Below the pieces are notes generated by a model, which was given only the letters and a program-made list of their open reading frames with translations, ran no database searches and was not told the origin of the DNA. From an uncultured Halobacteriales archaeon (GTDB taxonomy: Archaea; Halobacteriota; Halobacteria; Halobacteriales; Haloarculaceae): a DNA stretch of 32,918 nucleotides. The stretch's first letter is position 1; the number at the start of each line of letters is the position of its first letter. Shown piece by piece: positions 27,081 through 32,918 of this stretch. The stretch covers positions 2,918-35,835 of the forward strand of contig CAZLOO010000001.1 in the NCBI GenBank assembly GCA_964561055.1, in the 5' to 3' direction. The translations under genes and the position numbers were made by a program.

Positions 27081-27487
27081 GCCGTCCCAGAGGCCAGAGC
27101 CAGAAGAACTGGGAAGTATATTACGTACCGGCCACGGGAGCGGGTGGCCGAGGAAACTGGACTCACGCGTTCAGGTCTCACCTAATCGTCTCATCGCATT
27201 CGGTACCGACGGGTTGGACACCGCCTGCGTGGGATCAGCTATCGCCGCCGACTTGGAACATCTCTCTTCGTGATGACGATGGCGTTCTCAAGAGTCTTGC
27301 CTGGAATTCACACGAACACGGTTTCGACGGTGACGTCATCTGGTCCGCTGTCGCTGGCGTCGGTAATCGAGACGTGTAACGTCGGGCCGTCATGGTCGAC
27401 CGACTCGACACGGTAGTCCGGCACCGACGAAGTTGGGAACGTCTGGATCACGACCAACGACTCATTTTTAAATGAGACGGCGTCGAG

Positions 27488-28858
27488 TCATTCGCGCTGA
27501 TCGGTAACCGCCGGGACTAGGGTAAACTGTGTATTTGCCGGCTCGTCGGCAGCGGTGAAGTAGCCGGTCGCAACGACCGTGTAGAGCCGGCCTGCGCTCA
27601 GTTCGACATCGAACTCTGCGTCGAAGGGGTTGTCATTGCTCGCACTTTCGGGTTTAACCTCCAGCATGTAGCTCCCAGGAGCGACGCTAACGACCCCGGT
27701 GGCGTTCCCAAACGAGAGGTCGTCGACGAGTGTGGTCGCGGAGTCGGCAGTCGTCACATCGACAGCGGGGGCGTCCGGCGACGCGTGGAGCACCCGCACG
27801 CCGGCTTCATCCGGATCGAGATCCGCATCGTCGATGAGGACTACGGGCCCGATTGTATCCTCCGAGAGTTCGCCGATGGCTGCCACGGTGTAGTCGGTGC
27901 CGGCCTTGAGACTCACCGCGGCTTCAAAAGCGACCGTGTCCGGGTCCCCGGCTGCAGTGACGGTCACCGAGTAGGTGTCCGCCGTCAGCGGGAGGTAGTC
28001 GGTGACGGTCCCGAAGTGGACCTTTGAGAACACTTTCTCCCCGTCGATGAACACGTCCACGTTCGGGGCGTCCGGCGAGGCGTGAACGCCCCGGATTCGC
28101 GCCGTGTCAGGACGGGGGCCGCCCCCTGCCGGAACCAGGGCGAACGGCTCGTCGGCCGGTTCATCGTCGGGCGTGAGATATCCCAGAGCGAACACGGTGT
28201 ACGTCGTCCCGCCCTCAAGTGTCAGGCCCGTCTCGAACACCGGATTCACGTCCTCCTCGTCTGCCGAGGCGGGGCGGACAGCCACGTTTGTGTCGCCGGA
28301 GAAGAACACTCGATAATGGCCAACGTCGCCGAATGACAGGTCCTCCGCAAGCGGTCTGCCGTGATCGGTGACGATGTCGACGGCGGGGGCGTCCGGCGAC
28401 GCGTGTACGACTCGGAGTTCCGCGACGGCCTCGGGGAGGTCGCGGTTTCGATCGGTAAGAATCCTAGCATCGAACGTGTCCTCGGTGAGCTCGCCGATGG
28501 CTGCCGCTGTGTAGTCAGTGTCGGCCTCAAGACCCACCTCGCCTTCGAACACCACCGCGTCCGGATCGCCAGCGGCCCTGATTGTAATCGCGTACGTGTC
28601 GGGAGCAAGCCAGAGGTACTCGCTGACCGTCCGGAACGATACCTCCGTGAGGGCAGCCTCCCCGTCGACGAGGACGTCAACAGCGGGGGCATCCGGCGAG
28701 GCGTGGACTATCCGTAGCCGTGCGGGGGCGTCGTCCTCACCGCTCGCGGACGCGACAGCACGGTCGGCTGTAAGGACGTTGGCGGCGCCCACAGTCGTCG
28801 CGGCGGCTGCGGCTCCGATACCCATAACCACCTGACGGCGGTCCAGTGTGGGGGACAT
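27488..28858 (-). CDS. Tat-secreted protein with four tandem DUF4397 repeats
   Basis: The signal is MSPTLDRRQVVMGIGAAAAATTVGA. There are four repeats of about 105 aa, each starting R(I/V/G/V)(V/L)HASPDAP(A/N)VD(V/I) and containing the (A/V)AAIGEL or FALGYL/VATGYF block. TATA-like GATAAAAAAT at 28885-28894. Confidence 0.85.
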   Translation of the reverse strand: MSPTLDRRQVVMGIGAAAAATTVGAANVLTADRAVASASGEDDAPARLRIVHASPDAPAVDVLVDGEAALTEVSFRTVSEYLWLAPDTYAITIRAAGDPDAVVFEGEVGLEADTDYTAAAIGELTEDTFDARILTDRNRDLPEAVAELRVVHASPDAPAVDIVTDHGRPLAEDLSFGDVGHYRVFFSGDTNVAVRPASADEEDVNPVFETGLTLEGGTTYTVFALGYLTPDDEPADEPFALVPAGGGPRPDTARIRGVHASPDAPNVDVFIDGEKVFSKVHFGTVTDYLPLTADTYSVTVTAAGDPDTVAFEAAVSLKAGTDYTVAAIGELSEDTIGPVVLIDDADLDPDEAGVRVLHASPDAPAVDVTTADSATTLVDDLSFGNATGVVSVAPGSYMLEVKPESASNDNPFDAEFDVELSAGRLYTVVATGYFTAADEPANTQFTLVPAVTDQRE

Positions 28859-28954
28859 GCGCGTGGACCGTCGGAAGATGGAGTGATAAAAAATGTCGTG
28901 TTTTTGACCTTATTTCAGTGGTATTTTTCCTCAGTTGTCGCTCAAAACTTCCCC

Positions 28955-29480
28955 CAATAGGACCCTATTGTGCCCCTGATGTTCGCGAGCGACCTGATAC
29001 TGCTGTCCAGGGGGCCGTCTCAGGGGGATTTCAAACCGAGGGAAGCGGCCTGTTGGTTTCAACACGCATAGGGTCCAGACGTCACCTGCTGGGTTTCAGC
29101 ACCGGCTCGGCTGTCTTGCGGCCCGGTTAAAGAGGTCCATCCGTAGCCGACCCATCGTCACCGGCCTTCTGCCGGGGAGCCCGGTCGCTTTGGCGGCGAC
29201 TCTCTCCACTACGGTAGCAATCTGCAACGTTCATCCCCCCGTTCACGGCGGCTTGGTACTCACTGACCTAACAATCGTCGTTGAAACATCTGAATATCCC
29301 CTGTCGTGGTCGGTAGCTGTGTTCACCGCAGGTGTGGCACGGCTTTGACGTGGTCCGGAGATTCACCGTCTCGACGGGAGTCCCTTTCTCGGGGGCTTTG
29401 TGGCGACTCCGTGCGTGGAGCTTGGCAAAGCCCCCGTGCAACCGTCGATTCATGTACTCACCGGAGTCCACATTGATCAA
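28955..29480 (-). mobile_element. tnpB: 5'-truncated IS200/IS605-family tnpB remnant (C-terminal Zn-ribbon part plus 3' flank)
   Basis: ORF 29268..29480 reads ...GFAKLHARSRHKAPEKGTPVETVNLRTTSKPCHTCGEHSYRPRQGIFRCFNDDC. This is the YKAE..G..V..V....TSK.C..CG....R....F.C pattern of the TnpB Zn ribbon. Similarity continues through the TAG (VSEYQAAVNGGMNV, compare ADxNAAxNI). A 7-bp palindrome CAATAGG/CCTATTG at 28955-28970 is a possible right-end hairpin. Confidence 0.55.
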
Positions 29481-29501
29481 GAGCTGACGTACTCATCAGC
29501 G

Positions 29502-29648
29502 TCACGAGGTATCCCGTGACGCATTTCCTTTGAACAGTGCTGAGGCTGGCAGACAGCCCCGGCAGCCGTAGATGTCGTGTTCATTGTCCCCAAAGACGCG
29601 GGCAAATCGTGGCGTTACGAACGCACCGCAATCGTTGCATGCTGGCAT
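29502..29648 (-). CDS. Small CPxCG-related zinc-finger protein (48 aa), not in the ORF track
   Basis: Hand translation gives MPACNDCGAFVTPRFARVFGDNEHDIYGCRGCLPASALFKGNASRDTS. The CxxC...CxxC layout with the FARVFGDN core matches a small zinc-finger family common in haloarchaeal plasmids, viruses and genomes. The ATG lies 3 nt after the stop of ORF 29652..30044. Confidence 0.65.
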   Translation of the reverse strand: MPACNDCGAFVTPRFARVFGDNEHDIYGCRGCLPASALFKGNASRDTS

Positions 29649-29651
29649 CGT

Positions 29652-29987
29652 TCAGTCGCCGGGGAGGGGTCGGCAGGACCGTATCTGTGATCGGTCGGTA
29701 TCGGTCCCGTCCACGATCCTCTCGGTCCTGATGTCGTTCGTTCGCCCGTACAACTTCATCGGAACTGATATTTTTCGACCGCGACGGCGGGCATGGCGAG
29801 CCGCCAATCCGGCGAGTTCGGCTGTCTTCTCGGCTGCCGCCTCTCTCAGCGCCTCTATGGCCTCACCATCTGGCTCAACACCTCCCTCGGCGGCGTCCGA
29901 AAGGCCGTGTCTCGCCGTCTCGGGGGCAACCGCTTCTTGTGCTCGGGGTCGCGTATCTGGACATGACCGGGACGGAACTAGTACCAT
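29652..29987 (-). CDS. Hypothetical protein upstream of the zinc-finger ORF
   Basis: The ORF is 111-130 aa (ATG 29987 or TTG 30044). The middle part is plausibly coding (EAIEALREAAAEKTAELAGLAARHARRRGRKISVPMKLYG). No family recognised. A TATA-like TATTAAAA lies at about 30054-30062 on the minus strand. Confidence 0.3.
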   Translation of the reverse strand: MVLVPSRSCPDTRPRAQEAVAPETARHGLSDAAEGGVEPDGEAIEALREAAAEKTAELAGLAARHARRRGRKISVPMKLYGRTNDIRTERIVDGTDTDRSQIRSCRPLPGD

Positions 29988-30229
29988 GTGTAATCTCTCC
30001 GCTGGTGAGCGGACACGGGGAGCAACGCCTTCCGACTGTATCAAGCGGCGACATTTTAATAGGCGGATATTTTGTGATCAACCGGGTGATGGCGGGCTCG
30101 AGAGCTGATAGCAACCAATGTAGTATTGAGTAACACGTTTATGATTCGGGTGTGACGCACATACTCAACAGTGTCTGAGGTCAAGGCCGGAACGGCGTAG
30201 AGATTCGATATCAGGAGCGCGAAGCCGGT

Positions 30230-30234
30230 AAAAA
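30230..30234 (-). terminator. T5 run downstream of cdc48
   Basis: The minus strand reads GGGTTTTTACC about 45 nt after the TAA stop. Oligo-T tracts act as archaeal terminators. Confidence 0.35.
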
Positions 30235-30275
30235 CCCAGGACGGGAGGCGATCGCACCGAGCCGTGCAGGTTCCG

Positions 30276-32498
30276 TTAGTCTTCGATAGGGACCGAATCG
30301 CGGAGATGGTCGATACCCTTGAGATCGCTTTCGCTACTGGGTTTGACTTCTTCGAGCGCGAGCTCGAAGTGAGCCCGCGTGAGAACGATATCATCCACAG
30401 AGGACGCCTCCCCGGCGGCCGTCGCCTGGACGTGTTCACGAACCGCAGCGGTTGCTGCCTCGCGACAGAGCGATGCGAGGTCAGCACCGACGTACCCCTC
30501 CGTCTCGGTTGCCAGCACGTCGATATCCACGTCGTCAGCCAGCGGGCGGTCACGAGTGTGAATATCAAGTATCTCCCGGCGGGCGTCCTCGTCCGGGGCC
30601 TCCACTTCGATGTGTCGCTCGATTCTCCCCGGCCGCAGCAGCGCGTCGTCGATCAGGTCCGGTCGGTTCGAGGCGGCAATGACGACGACGTCTTCCAGTT
30701 CCTCCAACCCGTCCAGTTCGGTCAGTAGCTGGGAAACGACGCGCTCGCCGACGTTGGAATCGCTGCCGCCAGAGCCTCGTTCCGTGGCGATGGCGTCGAT
30801 CTCGTCGAAGAAGACCACGGTCGGGGCGTTCTCGCGGGCCTTCGAGAACACCTCGCGGACGCCCTTCTCGGACTCACCGACGTACTTGTTGAACAGCTCC
30901 GGGCCCTTAATCGAGATGAAGTTCGACTGGGATTCGTTTGCCACAGCCTTCGCCAGCAGCGTCTTGCCCGTGCCAGGTCGCCCGTGAAGCAGCACGCCCT
31001 TCGTCGATTGGAGTCCGACTTGGGCGAACGCGTCAGCATGCTCCAGCGGCCACTGGACGGTCTCTTTGAGACGATCTTTCGTCGCGTCGAGCCCGCCGAC
31101 GTCGTCCCAGGTGACGTCCGGCACCTCGACGAACACCTCCCGGAGCGCCGAGGGTTCGATTTCACGGAGTGCTGCCCGAACGTCATCGTCGGTGACCTCG
31201 AGCGCTTCGAGCGTCGCCGCATCGATTTCGTCGTTTTCGAGATCAAGCTCGGGTCGTAGCCGTCGAAGCGCCGTCATCGCGGCTTCCTTGGTGAGACTTT
31301 CGAGGTCGGCCCCGACGAAGCCGTGTGTGTTCTCAGCGTACCGATCGATGTCGACATCGTCCGCGAGCGGCATCCCGCGGGTGTGTATCTGGAGGATCTC
31401 TTTCCGGCCCGCAGTGTCCGGGACGCCGATCTCGATCTCGCGGTCGAATCGTCCGCCGCGTCGGAGGGCGGGGTCGATAGCGTCCACACGGTTGGTCGTA
31501 GCGATGACGGTGATGTCACCGCGCTGTTCGAGGCCGTCCATAAGCGAGAGCAGTTGGGCGACGACTCGTCGTTCGACGTCGCCGCTGACGTCCTCCCGCT
31601 TCGGTGCGATAGAGTCGAGTTCGTCGATAAAGACGATCGCCGGCTCGTTCTCCGCGGCTTCCTCGAAGACCTCGCGGAGACGCTCTTCCGATTCGCCGTA
31701 ATACTTCGACATGATCTCCGGCCCGCTGATCGTCTGGAAGTTCGCGTCGATCTCGTTGGCGACGGCCTGAGCAATCAGCGTCTTGCCGGTGCCGGGCGGC
31801 CCGTGAAGCAGCACGCCTTTCGGTGGATCGATGCCGAGCGCCTGGAACAGTTCGGGATGGCGCATCGGGAGTTCGATCATCTCCCGGACCTTGTCGAGTT
31901 CGTCGCTCAATCCACCGATGTCCTCGTACGTGACCGACGGCGTCTCTGATGATTCACCGTCCTGTTCCTGGAGGGCCTCCTGCTGTGCAGAGTCCGTCGC
32001 CACCTCGACTCGGGTGTCACCGCGAACGACCACGGTTCCATCAGGTTCTGTATCGACGACCGTCACAGGGACGCGGCGACTCGACCGTCGTGCCAGTGAG
32101 CCGAAACCGAACGAGAACGGCACGGTATCGCCCGTCTGGACAGCTCGGTCGGCGAGTTTGTTTCGCAGGTACGGGCCGAGTTCGCCACGAATCCGGAGTC
32201 CGTCGGGGAGTGCGACGGTGACTCGCTCAGCTGGGGCGACGTCTGCCGGCTCGACGGTAGCCTGTTCATCGATATTGACACCGGCTGTTTTCCGGGTTTG
32301 GCCATCGATGCCGACGACCGCTCTCCGGGAGGTGCGTGACCGCGAGGGCCGGACCTGGACGACCGATCGACCCGTTGGACCGGAGATAGCGACGTAGTCA
32401 CCGCTGGAAACACCGAGTTCATCCATCGTCTCGGGATCCATTGCTGCCAGACCTTTTCCAGCATTCGCTCGGTCAAGGGGTCGAACTAATACTTGCAT
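30276..32498 (-). CDS. cdc48: Cdc48/VCP/p97-type double-ring AAA+ ATPase
   Basis: 740 aa with a Cdc48-type N-domain and two AAA modules. D1 has [17 protein letters not shown] plus IVFIDELD; D2 has [17 protein letters not shown] plus VVFFDEID. Both SRH regions are present. Confidence 0.95.
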   Translation of the reverse strand: MQVLVRPLDRANAGKGLAAMDPETMDELGVSSGDYVAISGPTGRSVVQVRPSRSRTSRRAVVGIDGQTRKTAGVNIDEQATVEPADVAPAERVTVALPDGLRIRGELGPYLRNKLADRAVQTGDTVPFSFGFGSLARRSSRRVPVTVVDTEPDGTVVVRGDTRVEVATDSAQQEALQEQDGESSETPSVTYEDIGGLSDELDKVREMIELPMRHPELFQALGIDPPKGVLLHGPPGTGKTLIAQAVANEIDANFQTISGPEIMSKYYGESEERLREVFEEAAENEPAIVFIDELDSIAPKREDVSGDVERRVVAQLLSLMDGLEQRGDITVIATTNRVDAIDPALRRGGRFDREIEIGVPDTAGRKEILQIHTRGMPLADDVDIDRYAENTHGFVGADLESLTKEAAMTALRRLRPELDLENDEIDAATLEALEVTDDDVRAALREIEPSALREVFVEVPDVTWDDVGGLDATKDRLKETVQWPLEHADAFAQVGLQSTKGVLLHGRPGTGKTLLAKAVANESQSNFISIKGPELFNKYVGESEKGVREVFSKARENAPTVVFFDEIDAIATERGSGGSDSNVGERVVSQLLTELDGLEELEDVVVIAASNRPDLIDDALLRPGRIERHIEVEAPDEDARREILDIHTRDRPLADDVDIDVLATETEGYVGADLASLCREAATAAVREHVQATAAGEASSVDDIVLTRAHFELALEEVKPSSESDLKGIDHLRDSVPIED

Positions 32499-32753
32499 TC
32501 GATACTCACTCGGCGCTCTCCTCGGTCGGGCGGTTCTCTGTGAATGTGGGTATTCATGGAACTCTCACTCCGAGCATAGCCATGGCCGATTTAAAACACC
32601 CAACCTTTTGACGCTCGTGTTGTTTTATTAGTAATCGGGTGACAGTCGGAGGACCGGGGTAGTTGTCCGGCTCGACTCAACAACTGAAGCCGACGTGCAA
32701 CGCTGAGTGCTCAAGAAAGAGAGGCTGTATTCACAGATACCACGGCGCGGAAA

Positions 32754-32773
32754 CCCACCCCTTCAGGGGCGGG
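32754..32773 (+). other. Hairpin CCCACCCC-ttca-GGGGCGGG, possible IS200/IS605 left-end subterminal structure
   Basis: The stem is 8 bp with one A-C mismatch. It lies about 105 nt upstream of the tnpB start, where single-strand transposon ends carry hairpins. Confidence 0.3.
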
Positions 32774-32841
32774 AGGAAGCGCGTTCACTTGGCTCCATTA
32801 TTACGGTTGCCGGTGGCAGGCTGACTCCCCCATCGGACCAT

Positions 32842-32858
32842 ATTAATAGTTTAAATAT
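32842..32858 (+). promoter_or_regulatory. AT-rich TATA region for tnpB
   Basis: ATTAATAGTTTAAATAT is centred about 27 nt upstream of ATG 32878. Confidence 0.4.
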
Positions 32859-32877
32859 GAGTTGTGTTGTGATGGGT

Positions 32878-32918
32878 ATGGAGGCCCGCCGCACCGTCCC
32901 GGTCAAACTTGAGGTGAC
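32878..32918 (+). CDS. tnpB: RNA-guided endonuclease TnpB (IS1341/IS605 OrfB), first 13 codons only
   Basis: MEARRTVPVKLEV matches the M..RRT.pVKLdV N-terminus that I recall for many haloarchaeal TnpB proteins. The gene runs off the window. An alternative ATG lies at 32872. Confidence 0.5.
   Translation, partial: MEARRTVPVKLEV

Noticed and set aside
26852-27379. 175-aa + strand ORF, and the 91-aa ORF 26998..27273
   Set aside because: They are antisense to, or overlap, the wHTH pseudogene and junk DNA. They show no motifs and have non-acidic, Arg/Gly-rich composition atypical for this proteome.
27308-27457. 47-49-aa acidic ORF on the - strand (VIQTFPTSSVPDYRVESVDHDGPTLHVSITDASDSGPDDVTVETVFV)
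   Set aside because: It has only TTG/GTG starts, no recognisable family and no promoter. It lies in a stretch full of decayed sequence and may be a gene fragment.
29020-29045. GGATTTCAAACC resembling the reverse complement of a tRNA T-arm (GGATTTGAACC)
   Set aside because: It has one extra base. The flanking bases cannot form the 5-bp T-stem, and no acceptor or anticodon arms could be drawn.
29026-29103. Three GTTTCA-like repeats that briefly suggested a degenerate CRISPR array
   Set aside because: The repeats share only about 7-10 nt, their spacing is irregular (29 and 37 nt), and there are only three copies. They lie inside the tnpB 3' remnant, so they are better explained as part of that element.
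29572-30108. 178-aa + strand ORF
   Set aside because: It is antisense to the zinc-finger cassette, Ser/Arg/Ala-rich, and without motifs.
30264-30728. 154-aa + strand ORF and other ORFs antisense to cdc48 (for example 31323..31949)
   Set aside because: They lie entirely inside the well-supported cdc48 gene on the opposite strand and have no independent signals.

Overview
Hand analysis only; nothing was computed or searched. The DNA is GC-rich and encodes very acidic proteins, which is typical of a haloarchaeon (class Halobacteria). The window has three parts. (1) Bases 1-2.8 kb carry housekeeping-type genes: the 3' part of an L-aspartate-oxidase/SdhA-family flavoprotein, a DUF457 membrane hydrolase, a possibly frameshifted small membrane protein, and a DisA_N (diadenylate-cyclase-fold) protein with a degenerate catalytic motif. 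(2) Bases 3-25.3 kb form a carbohydrate-utilisation island of about 22 kb. It holds an enolase-superfamily sugar-acid dehydratase, two aldo/keto reductases, three Gfo/Idh/MocA dehydrogenases (two resemble haloarchaeal D-xylose dehydrogenase), a classical SDR, an extended SDR, an SMP-30 lactonase and a CUT1-type ABC sugar transporter. It also holds a translationally coupled class II aldolase / FGGY kinase / 2-hydroxyacid dehydrogenase unit, an M24-fold protein that seems to lack metal ligands, and a TrmB regulator. (3) Bases 25.3-32.9 kb are a visibly lower-GC, decayed accessory patch. It contains a heavily frameshifted TrmB paralog, a HalOD1 gene convergent with a broken wHTH gene, and a Tat-secreted 4x DUF4397 repeat protein. 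It also contains a 5'-truncated tnpB remnant, an untracked 48-aa CPxCG zinc-finger ORF, a Cdc48-type AAA+ ATPase and the first codons of an intact-looking tnpB. I saw no rRNA, tRNA or CRISPR array. The best candidates for something new are the aldolase-kinase-dehydrogenase module inside an oxidative sugar island, which matches no characterised haloarchaeal pathway I know, and a promoter-to-terminator unit with no ORF in the trmB divergent region. Several start codons were moved from the ORF track using TATA-box spacing that fits leaderless transcripts.
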